From an uncultured Nitrososphaeraceae archaeon (GTDB lineage: Archaea; Thermoproteota; Nitrososphaeria; Nitrososphaerales; Nitrososphaeraceae), in contig CAWGVG010000060.1 in assembly GCA_963825865.1 (NCBI GenBank), positions 64,001 through 128,000 on the forward strand: a DNA stretch of 64,000 nucleotides, read 5' to 3'. The translations under genes and the position numbers were made by a program. Under the pieces are notes generated by a model. The model was not told where the DNA came from. It saw only the letters and a program-made list of their open reading frames with translations, and searched no databases. Shown piece by piece: positions 33,648 through 45,800 of the stretch. Position 1 is the stretch's first letter. The number at the start of each line of letters is the position of its first letter.

Positions 33648-33853
33648 AATTCAATTACCATTTCCTGATTTCAAGAAAACTAGAATACAATATCATTTAT
33701 ACAATAACATTTAGAGATAGTATAAATTTTACTACCTCAAACTCCTATCCATCATAAGTGTTTGTATTTCAGCTTTAAGAAACATTATTACATCATTTTC
33801 GTCCCAAACAATCTCTCCATGTCAAAAGTAGCTTATTTATACATAGCTAGCCA

Positions 33854-36046
33854 CTATTTCATTATTTTTTCCAATATATTTAAATTTTCTTCTAATTTTT
33901 TAATAGTGGTCTCAATGACGCTTACTTTCTCTTTATATATAAATTTAACACCATTCCTCTTATTGGTAGCATTACCGATTTGAGCAAAAGAGAGTCCTTG
34001 GATATTTGATAGCAATTTCCTTACCTCTTTAGGCTCCCTTGTTCCAAATATATAGCGTGATTGTGACTCTGAAAACATCAGATTGTCTATTCCACAGCAT
34101 GAATTAGGAATACAATCAAGGTTTATGGTAAATCCAGTTTTTCCTTGAACTGCCATTTCACAAAGTGCCACTGCTAATCCTCCTTTGGAGCAATCATGAA
34201 CACAACCAACAAGATTACTTCTAATCAGTTTCAATATTGCATTGGCGTTCGACTTATCAGTCTCAAATTCTAGCTTTGGAACGATTCCGCCAATAACGTT
34301 ATGATAATATTCGTAATATTCAGAACCACCCATTTCATCACCAGTAGCCCCTATTATAAAAATGAAATCGTCGGGTTCGAGAAATGATTGCATAATCCAT
34401 GTTTCCTTTTCAATCAGTCCTAACGATCCTATAACAGGCGATGGTTTTATCGGCCCCTTTAACGTTTCGTTATAAAAACTTACCTTTCCTCCAACTACAG
34501 GAATATCCATAAAGTTACAAAAATCAATTATTGCATTTACTGTCTGAACAAAAGTCCAAAATATCTCTGGATCTTCAGGACTAGCAAATTGCAGATGATC
34601 AATTATTCCTATTGGTTTTGCACCTGTACAGATGACATTTCTGCATGCCTCAGACAAACATCCTAGCATTCCCAGATACGGATCTAAGTAACAGTGTTTG
34701 GAATTTCCATCTAATTTAAATGAGACAAATTTGCCATTACCAAGTTTCAAAACAGAAGCATCACCACAACCAGGTTTTATTACTGATCTCAACCCAACTT
34801 CATGATCATACTGATGATAAACCCATGCCTTACTAGCAATAGTCGGATTAGACAGCATGCAATACAGAGCAGCCTCTAGATTTTGACATGTTTTTGGCAA
34901 CACAAAAGATTTCCTTATTCTATCAAGATAAGCAGGACGTTTTAATTCTCTATCTATATTTGGTGCGTGTGCGAAGAGATTTGATGGCAAATCAGCGATT
35001 ATTTTTCCATCATATCGTATAATGACGTCTCGGTGGTCTTTGACTCTTCCGATTATGGCATACTTGATTCCGTATTTACTAAATATCGTTGCTAATTTTT
35101 CAAATTTTGAGTCGTCAGTAATGTAAAGCATCCGCTCTTGTGATTCCGATACCATTAATTCTGTGGGTGACATATTCTCATGTTTGGAATGGATTCTAGT
35201 TAATTCTATATCGAACCCTTTTTTCAAATTGTCTGATGCTTCCGATAAACAGCAAGATAGCCCTCCACCGCCAAGATCCTTGATTGCCTTTATGCAACCT
35301 TGTTCTACTGATTCAATAGTCGCTTCCAGTAACAATTTTTCTAAAAAAGGATCTGGGATTTGTACTGCAGATCTCTCTTCTACTTGTAAAGCTTTTGAGG
35401 CAAAAGAAGCTCCATCAATCCCATCCCTGCCAGTGGATCCTCCTGCCAGTATTATTACGTCGTTAATGTCAATCTTGTTTGAAATTAGTTTCTCCCTTTT
35501 TCCTACTCCTATCGAGGCAACATCAACAAGACAATAATCCTCAAAAGATGGATCGAATTCTATTTCACCTCCTACAGTAGGTATTCCAATACAATTTCCG
35601 TAGTCAGCAATTCCGCGAACGACATTTTTGAAAAGCCATTTTGATTTTGCTTGACATTTTTTACGCCCACCGGTGATTGGCGCGAATCTAAGAGCATCAA
35701 GAATTGCTATAGGACGAGTCCTCATTGATATTATGTCTCTGACTACACCTCCGACTCCAGTAGCCGATCCACCATATGGTTCTACCGCAGAAGGATGATT
35801 ATGACTCTCGATGTGAACTGTAATAACATAACCATCACCAACATCCAATATACCAGCATCTTGGCCTGGGCCAATTATAACTCGTTTTCCAGTAGTAGGT
35901 AATAATTTTAGATATGTCTTAGAAGATTTGTAGGAACAATGTTCAGACCATTCTGAACTAATAATGTCCAGCTCGATTTTATTAGGAACACGTTGTAACT
36001 TCTCCTTCAGATAATTTAGCTCTTGATTTGTAAGTTGAGCCATCAA
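33854..36046 (-). CDS. purL: FGAM synthase subunit PurL
   Basis: WSEHCSYKSS, ESHNHPS, DLGGGG, SESQER. Confidence 0.97.
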   Translation of the reverse strand: MMAQLTNQELNYLKEKLQRVPNKIELDIISSEWSEHCSYKSSKTYLKLLPTTGKRVIIGPGQDAGILDVGDGYVITVHIESHNHPSAVEPYGGSATGVGGVVRDIISMRTRPIAILDALRFAPITGGRKKCQAKSKWLFKNVVRGIADYGNCIGIPTVGGEIEFDPSFEDYCLVDVASIGVGKREKLISNKIDINDVIILAGGSTGRDGIDGASFASKALQVEERSAVQIPDPFLEKLLLEATIESVEQGCIKAIKDLGGGGLSCCLSEASDNLKKGFDIELTRIHSKHENMSPTELMVSESQERMLYITDDSKFEKLATIFSKYGIKYAIIGRVKDHRDVIIRYDGKIIADLPSNLFAHAPNIDRELKRPAYLDRIRKSFVLPKTCQNLEAALYCMLSNPTIASKAWVYHQYDHEVGLRSVIKPGCGDASVLKLGNGKFVSFKLDGNSKHCYLDPYLGMLGCLSEACRNVICTGAKPIGIIDHLQFASPEDPEIFWTFVQTVNAIIDFCNFMDIPVVGGKVSFYNETLKGPIKPSPVIGSLGLIEKETWIMQSFLEPDDFIFIIGATGDEMGGSEYYEYYHNVIGGIVPKLEFETDKSNANAILKLIRSNLVGCVHDCSKGGLAVALCEMAVQGKTGFTINLDCIPNSCCGIDNLMFSESQSRYIFGTREPKEVRKLLSNIQGLSFAQIGNATNKRNGVKFIYKEKVSVIETTIKKLEENLNILEKIMK

Positions 36047-36145
36047 TATCTCACAATTGCTTTCTTTTTTGATCGTAATGGTTCATGATGATCAAAATAT
36101 GATATTAGCGAACGAAATACCAATATTGCATCATTGGAAAATCTG

Positions 36146-36769
36146 TTAGGGGAAAGCAGACTTTTCACTAGCTCTTTCAGGATGTGGCATCATTCCCATT
36201 ACATTTCCTTCTTCATTACAGATCCCGGCAATTGAATCATAGGAACCATTTGGATCATCGTTGAAATATCTTAAAACGATCTGATTGTTCTTTTTGAGAT
36301 CATTTAAAATTTGATTATTCACCACATATCTTCCCTCGCCATGAGCAACTGGAATTTGGAACTTTTGATTTTTTTGGAAGCAATTCGTAAATGGCGTCTT
36401 ATTATTCTGGACCTTAACGGTCGTCCATCGACAAACAAAATTAAGAGAATTATTCATCATCAAAGCTCCAGGAAGCAAACACGATTCGATAAGAATTTGA
36501 AAACCATTGCAGATACCAAGTATGGGCAGACCATCCTTCGCCATCCTTTTGACTTCATTTATGATCGGACTATTAGCGGCTATAATGCCTGCCCGAAGAC
36601 GATCCCCGTAAGAGAAACCTCCGGGAATTATCATAGCATCAAAACCAGTAATCTTATCTTTTGTATGCCAGATATAATCAGCATGCAGATTTAAAATGTT
36701 GTTGAGAACATGATAAATATCACGCTCGCAATTGCTTCCAGGAAAGACGGCAATTCCAATCTTGGACAT
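36146..36769 (-). CDS. purQ: FGAM synthase subunit PurQ; the true C-terminus probably extends to ~36046 past an error
   Basis: FPGSNC, PGGFSYGD, GICNGFQ, MMPHPER. Confidence 0.95.
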   Translation of the reverse strand: MSKIGIAVFPGSNCERDIYHVLNNILNLHADYIWHTKDKITGFDAMIIPGGFSYGDRLRAGIIAANSPIINEVKRMAKDGLPILGICNGFQILIESCLLPGALMMNNSLNFVCRWTTVKVQNNKTPFTNCFQKNQKFQIPVAHGEGRYVVNNQILNDLKKNNQIVLRYFNDDPNGSYDSIAGICNEEGNVMGMMPHPERASEKSAFP

Positions 36770-36887
36770 TCTTTGAGATTGTTAAGTTTGCATTGTTAAT
36801 GTATTAATACCTTCGCGAAATATGTGTTTATATAACGTATAAGTAATATTACAAAGTTTTTATTCTGAATAAAAAAATAATAGCAGC

Positions 36888-37304
36888 ATGATGGATGAGC
36901 TTGTTCGAGACATTATGACAAAAAATGTTGTTACAATTGCTGAAGACAAAACAGCATTGGATGCAGCCAAACTAATGGCTCAAAAAGGTATCAGTTCTTT
37001 GATAGTTGTAAAGAATGGAAATCCTGAAGGTATCATAACTGAACGTGACTTTATTAAAAAAATTTGTGCTAAAGAATTGCAAATATCACAAATAAAAATT
37101 ATTAATATTATGTCAAAAATTCAAACAATTGCTGAACCCGATACTCCAATAGAAGTCGCCGTACAAAGGATGGTCAACCGTAAGATCCGCAGATTGCCTA
37201 TCGTGCAGGAGGGAAGAGTTGTTGGAATTATTACTGTTACAGATTTGGCCAGACATTTGCGGACTATATTATTAATCGAAGGAGCATTATCAGGTGATAA
37301 ATAA
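36888..37304 (+). CDS. CBS-domain pair protein
   Basis: VRDIMT, GIITERD, IRRLPIV, GIITVTD. Confidence 0.92.
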   Translation: MMDELVRDIMTKNVVTIAEDKTALDAAKLMAQKGISSLIVVKNGNPEGIITERDFIKKICAKELQISQIKIINIMSKIQTIAEPDTPIEVAVQRMVNRKIRRLPIVQEGRVVGIITVTDLARHLRTILLIEGALSGDK

Positions 37305-37346
37305 CTTAAATGTTGAAGAACAAGGAGTACTTTTATTTTACATGAT

Positions 37347-37886
37347 TTAAGGCTCATTAGTATCAATAGGGTCTGTTTTTATTCCTTTTCTTTCAAGTTT
37401 TTCAGCATTAAATATTATCCTTCTTTCTAATTCTTTCTTATATTTCTCAATTTTTACAGCTACTCTTTCATATTTTAGTGCTAGAATTTGGCAGGCAAGG
37501 ATTCCAGCGTTCCTTGCTCCATCAATTGCAACAGTAGCTACAGGAACTCCTGTAGGCATCTGTACTATTGACATAAGAGAATCTAAACCATTCATACTAG
37601 TTGTTCTAATTGGTACTCCGATTACTGGTATAGGAGTAATTGCTGCAACCATCCCCGGAAGGTGTGCGGCTCCGCCAGCGCCTGCTATAATTACTTGAAT
37701 TCCACTTTTCTTGGCGTCTTTTGCATAATTTATCATTCTTTCAGGTGTCCTATGTGCTGAGACGATTTTGATTTCATTCGATACTCCAAAAGAGTCTAAA
37801 ATCAAAGCTGCGTCTTTCATCACCGGAAGATCTGAATCGCTTCCCATGATTATACCAACAAGAGGCTTAACTACTAATTTGGTCAT
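37347..37886 (-). CDS. purE: N5-CAIR mutase
   Basis: [25 protein letters not shown]. Confidence 0.97.
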   Translation of the reverse strand: MTKLVVKPLVGIIMGSDSDLPVMKDAALILDSFGVSNEIKIVSAHRTPERMINYAKDAKKSGIQVIIAGAGGAAHLPGMVAAITPIPVIGVPIRTTSMNGLDSLMSIVQMPTGVPVATVAIDGARNAGILACQILALKYERVAVKIEKYKKELERRIIFNAEKLERKGIKTDPIDTNEP

Positions 37887-37891
37887 CTATT

Positions 37892-39067
37892 TTAGTTCAC
37901 CACTAATTTTATCATCTTTCTTGCTCTCTTTGCTCTTGATAATGCTTCTTCTATAGTTTTTGCAGTAACAGTGATATGCCCTAGCTTTCGCCTTGGTTTC
38001 GAGATTTTCTTACCGTAAACATGTAATTTTACACCAGGAACCGAAAACAAATTTTTCAATCCTTTAATCTCATACGGTCCATTATGATTTAGAGATCCAA
38101 GTATATTCACCATAACGGCAGGGCACAATAATTCCGGCTTTGACAAGGGCAGATTAAGTATAGCGCGTAAATGCTACTCAAATTGTGAGATCGAGCATGC
38201 CTCAATAGAATAGTGACCGGAATTATGTGGTCTTGGAGCGATTTCATTTATTACCACATTCTCGTCTTGCATTACAAACATCTCAATACCAAAAATCCCA
38301 GCTCCTTTCAGTGCCTTCATTGTTTTCTGTGCCATTTTCTTTGCCCTAATATTGACTTTTTCTGAAATTCTTGCGGGGACAATAGTTGTATCTAAAATGC
38401 CTTTGGTATGTATATTCTCACCTGTTGGAAATGACTCGATCTGACCTCGGGAATTTCTTGCGACTAATATTGATATCTCTTTTTGATATGGCACGAATTT
38501 TTCTAGCATGCATTCTTTTCCGGCAAAATAGCCAATGGCTTCATGTATTTTATCTTTGGACTTGATTAGAAAATTACCTCTTCCATCATAGGAATCTTCG
38601 CATACTTTTAACATGGCTGGAAAACCGTATCTGGCACAGAGCGCTCTCAAATGGTCTTCTGAATCAACAAGGTCAAATTTAGGAACTGCTAAATCGTTAT
38701 CTTTCAAAAATGATTTCTGCCTATACTTATTCTGGATTATTGCCAAAGTTTCTGGCGAGGGGTAGACCGGATATTTTTTTGTTTGTAATTCCTTAAGGGT
38801 AGTTGAATTCGCAAGCTCTATTTCGTAAGTAAGTACATCGGATTTACTTGCCAACTTTCTAATGGCATTTTCATCCTTGAAATCAGCAACAATTTGTTCA
38901 TCTGAAATAGAGGATGCAGGACATTCCTCACTAGGGTCTAGAATTATAACCCTAAGAGACATACGTTTGGCCTCTTGAGTAATCATTTTTCCTAGTTGTC
39001 CTCCTCCAATTATTCCTATGCAGATTGGCCTCTTCATTAGAAGGACATCGCTCCTGATTTCAGCCAT
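37892..39067 (-). CDS. purK: N5-CAIR synthetase; in-frame TAG at 38174-38176
   Basis: GGGQLGKM, YDGRG, NEIAPRPHNSGH; frame reads SQFE*HLRA...RKLGH. Confidence 0.93.
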
Positions 39068-39205
39068 GAGTCTTCTATTGCATTCTTAAAAAGCGAATTA
39101 AAAGTCTTCTTTTTGTAGTATGAAATGATTACATAGTTGTGAATGTATACATGCAAAGCCTTTCTTTAAAACAAGCGAAGATAAGCTGGTCTTGATTTTA
39201 TATAC

Positions 39206-39221
39206 ATATATATATATATAT
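39206..39221. repeat. (AT)8 microsatellite in the purK/SDR divergent promoter region
   Basis: atatatatatatatat read directly. Confidence 0.7.
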
Positions 39222-39269
39222 TATTATTTTGACAGGTACTTTAAAAAAGAGTGTTTGACTTTTACGATT

Positions 39270-40028
39270 ATGAATCTAAAGGGAAAAGTTGCAATTGTTA
39301 CTGGAGCTGGCGGGGGAGTTGGCAAGGCTACTACAAAAAGATTAGTTTCTGAAGGCAGCAAGGTCGTTCTCATAGGACGAGAAAGAGGAAAGCTTACAAA
39401 AGTTATTTCTGACGCTGACACTAGAAAGAATATGTTAGCAGTTACAGCTGATATTACTAGAGAAGCCGAAGTACTAAGCGCTATAGAACAAACTATTTCA
39501 GCATATGACAGAATCGACATTCTGGTAAACAATGCAGGAGTCCTTAACGATCCTACTCCTTTTCATTTGATGACAGATGATCAATGGATGGAATTAATCA
39601 ATACAAATCTCATTGGAACCTTTAGAATGACAAAGGCAGTTCTCCCAATTATGATGAAGATAGGTGGAGGCAGCATCATAAATATATCGTCTATACTTGG
39701 AATAAGAGCGATTCCAAAAGTTCCATTTTCAGTTTATGGAGTAACAAAGGCTGGTGTGATAATGTTTACAAAGAGCATTGCGGTTGAATATGGTCAATAT
39801 GGCATACGATGTAACTGCATTGCTCCATCTACTATACGCAGTCCCATGATTGAACCGTATTTACAAGATGAGAATGCAAAAAAAATTCTTGAGTCATCTT
39901 TTCCATTGCGAAGAATAGGCGATCCCGATGATATTTCTGGAGCAGTCTGCTACCTTTCTTCTGATGATGCAAAATGGATAACTGGAACAATTTTAACTGT
40001 AGATGGTGGAATCTGTGCAAAGCAGTAA
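39270..40028 (+). CDS. SDR-family NAD(P)-dependent oxidoreductase
   Basis: TGAGGGVG, NNAG, YGVTK. Confidence 0.93.
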   Translation: MNLKGKVAIVTGAGGGVGKATTKRLVSEGSKVVLIGRERGKLTKVISDADTRKNMLAVTADITREAEVLSAIEQTISAYDRIDILVNNAGVLNDPTPFHLMTDDQWMELINTNLIGTFRMTKAVLPIMMKIGGGSIINISSILGIRAIPKVPFSVYGVTKAGVIMFTKSIAVEYGQYGIRCNCIAPSTIRSPMIEPYLQDENAKKILESSFPLRRIGDPDDISGAVCYLSSDDAKWITGTILTVDGGICAKQ

Positions 40029-40131
40029 AGCAAAATAAGGGATAACAGGCATTGCTTACAAAAATACGAAATAATGAGCCAGGGTAATGTAATCGTCGAT
40101 TTATTTGACAATAGTAATAGAAATTCATATG

Positions 40132-40574
40132 CTATTGTTGTGCTTGGTCTAGTAGTCTATTCGTATTTTTACCTACCAGTGGAATTATCTTTTTTATTAT
40201 AATCTCATGGAAATTGTTGGTATTGACATCAAATGACAGCAGTAATACGTATGAGAGGCGGCTGCTATAATCTGTAATTGGAATAGTTGCTCGAATTAAT
40301 TTAGCGTAATGAGAGCTGGCATAAATGATTTTACCCAGTAAATACTCCCATCTAAGCCGTGTATACTGACGAGTAGCGAGCTGTAATTGCATACTCGAGC
40401 TCTCTCTTCCGGTCCTAGCAATGGCTTTAGATCTTTTCGATGAGAAGTGGATAATAACTTACCGTCCTCGTCAACAATTGCTGCAAATCTAATTGAATGA
40501 TCCTGTGATATAACGTTATCACATAATTCCTGGAGAAATCCTGCTTTCAATCCGTTATATTCATATGTACGCAC
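40132..40574 (-). CDS. Second DUF6659-like protein; frameshift near 40378
   Basis: SIRFAAIVD...LKPLL...LGKIIYASSHYAKLIRATIP; paralog of 1029..1466. Confidence 0.65.
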
Positions 40575-40748
40575 TTATATATGAGCATATTTTGTCTTTC
40601 GGCGTATATTATGAGAATTAGCCTTATAGATTAATCCCTGGCATCTTTTACGCAAACAAACCCAAAATGCACAATAAATAGGAATTCTATGTTAATTAAC
40701 TTGTGGCGTTAAAATTTTTATCACTGCTAAGATCTCTTACTGTCATTC

Positions 40749-41570
40749 ATGAAGATCCAAGAGGGTTCATATGTTTTACTATTTCATACAAATAAGAAGA
40801 AATGGCTGACCAAGGTTGCCTTAGAGAAAAAAATGCATACACATCTTGGAGTCATAGACATTTCATCGATTATCGGAATGGAGTATGGCTCTCTAGTTAG
40901 AACTACTGAAGACAAAATCGTGTACCTTATTGAACCTACAATTCATGACTTTGTAATGAAATCAGAACGAAGAACTCAGATCGTTTATCCAAAGGATTTT
41001 GGTTTTATTGCAGCTCGCACTGGTCTGAAAAATGGATCAAAAGTGTTGGAAATTGGAACGGGTAGTGCCTCCCTCACAACCTTTATTGCAAGTATTGTAA
41101 AGCCAGATGGACATATTTACACGTTTGATATTAATCCAGATTCTCTCGCCATCGCAAAACGAAACCTGGAAAAGGCCGGAATGTCTGAATACGTTACCAT
41201 ACGTCAACACGATCCACATCAAGGGCTTGTTTTAATGGAGGCAGATATTGCAATAGTTGATCTAGGCGATCCGTGGACTATGATCAACCAGGTTCATCAG
41301 GCCTTGAAAGGAAGCGGTGCATTTGTTGCGATTTGTCCCACTATGAATCAGTTGGAGAAAACCGCAACTGGACTAAAACAAAATGGTTACGTCGACATTG
41401 ACTGCATAGAAATAATGATCCGGAACATAGAGGCAAGAGAAGGAATGACAAGGCCTTCAATGAGAATGATAGGACATACGACATATTTAGCGTTTGCAAG
41501 AAAAGTTAAAAGAATAGAAGATAATAACGCGTTGCCTGAATTGACAGATGAGAGGGGTCTTCTCATCTGA
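40749..41570 (+). CDS. trmI: tRNA (adenine-N1)-methyltransferase
   Basis: RRTQIVYPKD, LEIGTGS, VDLGDPW, MIGHT. Confidence 0.92.
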   Translation: MKIQEGSYVLLFHTNKKKWLTKVALEKKMHTHLGVIDISSIIGMEYGSLVRTTEDKIVYLIEPTIHDFVMKSERRTQIVYPKDFGFIAARTGLKNGSKVLEIGTGSASLTTFIASIVKPDGHIYTFDINPDSLAIAKRNLEKAGMSEYVTIRQHDPHQGLVLMEADIAIVDLGDPWTMINQVHQALKGSGAFVAICPTMNQLEKTATGLKQNGYVDIDCIEIMIRNIEAREGMTRPSMRMIGHTTYLAFARKVKRIEDNNALPELTDERGLLI

Positions 41571-41683
41571 TTTGATGAAGTTTGGGATTGTCCTTTTTCA
41601 GTTGATGTCGCACATTTGTCTTATTGCCTAAGCTGCCAATTGGGCAATTCTGTACATTAAAATTAAATAGTTTTTTAGCACGT

Positions 41684-42916
41684 ATGATGTTGATGAAGAA
41701 TAAGATTGCTATCCTAACTGTAGTTGTCACAATAACATTGGCCTCCATCATCTCCTTTGCAGAGGTTTATAGTTATTTTTCAAACAACTCTCAACACAGG
41801 GTGAACATAGTCCAGGCAAAAATAATGCGCTCGGACGTTCAAAAAGTCCTTCTGCATACTAATAACATTGCTAGTTCCTCCTTTGGAGCTTATTCTGACA
41901 ACTCGGCGCAGCAACAGGTCCTTCCACAGCTATTTAATCATGTACAAAACTCTGTTGTTCAGATAACCAGCAAGGTGCCAACAAACATAATTGCCGATGG
42001 CAATCCCCTACAAGGCCAATCTACTGCACTTGGTTCAGGCTTTATCTTCGACAAGGAAGGACATATAATCACAAACTATCATGTGATACAACAGTCCGAC
42101 GACGTTCATGTAACGTTTGTTGATGGAAATGTCTATACAGCAAAAGCAATAGGAAAAGACGTCTTCTCAGATCTTGCTGTATTACAACTTGACAAGTCTG
42201 CGTTGTTAAAAGAAAATCTTGCGCCATTACCATTTGCAGACTCTTCTGCTATTGAAGTTGGACAGCAGATTGCTGTCATAGGAAATCCATTTGGCTTAAG
42301 TGGATCGATGACACATGGTATAGTCAGTCAGCTATATAGGCTACTACCAGATCCAGAATTTGGATTTTCCTTACCGGGTATAATCCAAATTGACGCTGCA
42401 ACAAATCCCGGCAATTCTGGTGGTCCACTTTTGAACTTGTACGGCGAAGTTATAGGTGTAACAACTGCAATTAAATCAAACACTGGCACCTTCTCTGGAA
42501 TAGGTTTTGCAATACCCTCAAAAACCGTACAAAAAATCATACCACAGCTCATATTGCGCGGTAGTTATGAACATGCATGGCTTGGAATTGCTGGGACCAA
42601 CATTATCCCAGATACTGCAAAGGCTATGGGTTTGAATGAAACAAAAGGTGTTATTGTAGAATCTGTAACGCCGGACAGTCCAGCAGACTTGGCAGGAATA
42701 AAGAGTGGAACGAATACTGTTACTATAAGTGGTCACGATCTAAACACCGATGCAGATATTATTATCGGAATTGATTCGCAGCAAATTAGAAAGATCGATG
42801 ACATTATCAATTACATAGATAGTAAATCGGTCGGTGAAGCTGTGGTCTTGAAAGTTTTGAGAAAAGGCGGTACTCAGAATATTGATGTCAACCTTGCAGC
42901 ACGACCAGTCCAATAA
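41684..42916 (+). CDS. HtrA/DegP-like serine protease with N-terminal TM and PDZ domain
   Basis: GSGFI, TNYHV, DLAVL, NPGNSGGPL, WLGI. Confidence 0.93.
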   Translation: MMLMKNKIAILTVVVTITLASIISFAEVYSYFSNNSQHRVNIVQAKIMRSDVQKVLLHTNNIASSSFGAYSDNSAQQQVLPQLFNHVQNSVVQITSKVPTNIIADGNPLQGQSTALGSGFIFDKEGHIITNYHVIQQSDDVHVTFVDGNVYTAKAIGKDVFSDLAVLQLDKSALLKENLAPLPFADSSAIEVGQQIAVIGNPFGLSGSMTHGIVSQLYRLLPDPEFGFSLPGIIQIDAATNPGNSGGPLLNLYGEVIGVTTAIKSNTGTFSGIGFAIPSKTVQKIIPQLILRGSYEHAWLGIAGTNIIPDTAKAMGLNETKGVIVESVTPDSPADLAGIKSGTNTVTISGHDLNTDADIIIGIDSQQIRKIDDIINYIDSKSVGEAVVLKVLRKGGTQNIDVNLAARPVQ

Positions 42917-43618
42917 TAGATCATAGAACTTGGCTTGATAAGGTTGTCTAGCGACAGTATCCTCCCTCCCTGGGATGGTCATCAAAAAATACTACAAATT
43001 TGTACATTGATTTGCTTGTATATACTTACAGTCCTATTGTGCACCTACGATTAAAAAAATTTATGTAAGCTCGATTAACTATGATGAATTTCATCAATAA
43101 TATTAAGTTAGAAGTAAAAATATTGTATAGTAACCTAAGTTTGGAAATACTACAAGGTTTTATCAAGAGATTGCTTTCTTCAGGATGCATAAGAAGCCGT
43201 ATTCTCATATACTTTTCCTTTACTTTAAAAAACAGCACATCTATATCATAAATTTGATGGTGGCGCACCAACAATGCGGCCAGACATACTGCAAGTTCCT
43301 GCGAAGAAATCCCCAGAAGGAGGACAGAACAAAGATAATGTTCTGTTAGTCCACCCGATAACTCCAATTTCCACATGGGAGAGTATCTTACAGTAAAAAT
43401 ATCACTTGTTGTCCCCCTTAAATTGGAAAGTGCTCATTGTATTTTGTATTGTCCTGTCTTCAATTTATTCAAGTTCTCATTTAATAGTGCTATTGGAATC
43501 GTAGGTTGTTTTCAAAATGTTCTAGGCTTCGATATGCTGAATTTCTTTTAAGCAATCGAAATTTGTAATTTTACTGAATTTTATTGAGTCTTACTTGAAA
43601 AAGACTTTGTGATTTTAC

Positions 43619-45447
43619 CTACTCCTTTCTTAGAAAGACTTTGATTATATTTCCAGCTAACATTGAGTTTATTATTTTTCTTCCATGTTCCGATCGCTTG
43701 TCAACCTTTATTCGAGACTTTCTTTCCTACCTGACTGCTAAGTATGAATTGATCCTCTATATATAAATCGACTATTTTTCCGATTATGTCCTCATCCAAT
43801 AGAATTGTAATAGCAGATCCAGCTTCGCTGATATCAAAATGGATTTCTTCGCCAAGTGCAGGAGTTTTAACTTCTATGTCAATATGGATTCCCAATATTT
43901 TTTCTAATTCTGCAACAGTAGACCCTCCTTTTCCAATTATTCTGGGGACGACATCTTTACTTACTCTTACTTGTACCTTGTTGTCAGATATTATATTGAT
44001 CTCGGCACTTGGATCGAATCTCCTTATTGTATCCTTGATTTTAGATTCAGCCAACTTTTTTATATTGCTCTCAGCTTGCGTTGTTTTACTTAATTCTGAC
44101 GTTGGAACGACAACATTCTCTTCTCCGTATGTATAGATTTCGTATTCAATTGCTCCAGTTTCAAAGTCGCGAACTTCTACTAGCGGTCTCGCTAAGTCTG
44201 CTTCAACCATTCCTGTTGGAACTTTCACAGTCAAAGATATATCATATACTTTATGGATACTGCCTTCCTTAACGAAAATAATTGTATCCAAAATGTGTGG
44301 TATCATACCTAATTCTACTTTGCCTATAAATCTTTGAATTGCATCAAGTGGACTACTTGCATGAATAACTCCAACCATCCCAACGCCAGCCAATCTCATA
44401 TCGGAAAAGACTTCGAAATCTTTTGTTCTCCTCACCTCATCAAATATCGTGTAGTCAGGACGCACTAACAACAAAATATCTATCGCATTTTCAAAGCTTC
44501 CTTCTAGTGGCCCATACTGTGTTACTTCCTCAGGAACCTGCAAATCTCTAGGAGATTCAAATGTTTTCACTATCTTTCCTTTATGAACATAGAACTCAGC
44601 AATGCTGCTTGCTAAGCGTACTTTTCCCAGAACCTGGAGGACCAGAAATTATTATACCCTCTGCTTTTCCTGATAATCTTTCCATTAATTTATCAGTAGT
44701 ATTATAATCATCTAATGATAGGTTTACTATCGGTTTAACTATTGTGATTTCAATTCCATCCGAAAATGGTGGCCGGGTAATCGCAATTCGAAACCTTCCA
44801 TACTGAATTACTGTTGCACCACTGCGGCTAATTTCTATAGATCCTTTTATTCTAGAGGCTTCTGAGATTTCTTTAATAATATTTGTAAGTTCAGTTCGGG
44901 TACATTTCTCTTCTTCCAATTTAAGAAGAACGAAATTACCTGGTTTTCCCCTTTTTGCCATAGGTGGTACGCCATCCTTTAAATGGACGCTCATAGTGTT
45001 TTCATCAAAGAACTTTTCAAATTCTAAATTAGTGGTCTTCGTCTGAGACCTTATATGTAGGGCTTGTACTCCTTGTGCCTCAGCTAGTTGAGCTTGAATG
45101 TAATCGGCTGTAATGAGCATAGCTCCTTCTTTCATTGCTACATCTTTTATTATGGCGTCAATTCTTCCATGTTTTGCTAAGCGTATATCATCAATACTAG
45201 GTCTTTCACCGACAAATCTCAGATCGATATTTTTACTTAAACATTGTTCTCTTATTTTCCTAATCTCGCTTAGCCCTACAAAGCCATGTTCCTTATTAGT
45301 GGATGCTTGGGATTGTAGTTCATCTAATACCGCTAAAGGAATTATAATTTCACTACCAGAATTAATACTATTTCCTGACTCGAGCAGTTTTGTAACCTCG
45401 CCATCAATTATTATACTAGTATCTAAGACAAATTTTTTTTTATCCAA
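43619..45447 (-). CDS. PIN-domain ATPase with KH domain (PINA-type); frameshifts near 44614 and 43720
   Basis: VLDTS PIN motif, GPPGSGKST, DEVR, IIGKGG KH motif. Confidence 0.9.
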
Positions 45448-45800
45448 CTGATATAGGAATACATTATTAGACTTAAAGTATTTTATCAATCAGAGGAAAT
45501 ACTAGTTAGATGAAGTGACTCTCCATTATTTTGGATATCTTCGTTATTGTTATTTTTATTAAAATAAATATAAATCACATCAGTTAAATATTGTAAAACT
45601 TTTGTTATTTATTTTTGATTAATCCAATCTTCAAGCGATATTGTAACTAAAAAATATGAACAGTGATGCCTTTGTATGTAATCGATTATTTAGAATCTAT
45701 ACTCAGTAATAGATAAATTATAGTATATTGGCTATTGTTTATGTACATAGATATATTATGTATGTATTATTGTCTATCCTATATCCTTTATTTTATTCAG

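Noticed and set aside
38174-38176. In-frame TAG in purK as pyrrolysine or readthrough
   Set aside because: It replaces a conserved Gln (CAG) inside a GCAGC error motif, and no pyl genes are seen.
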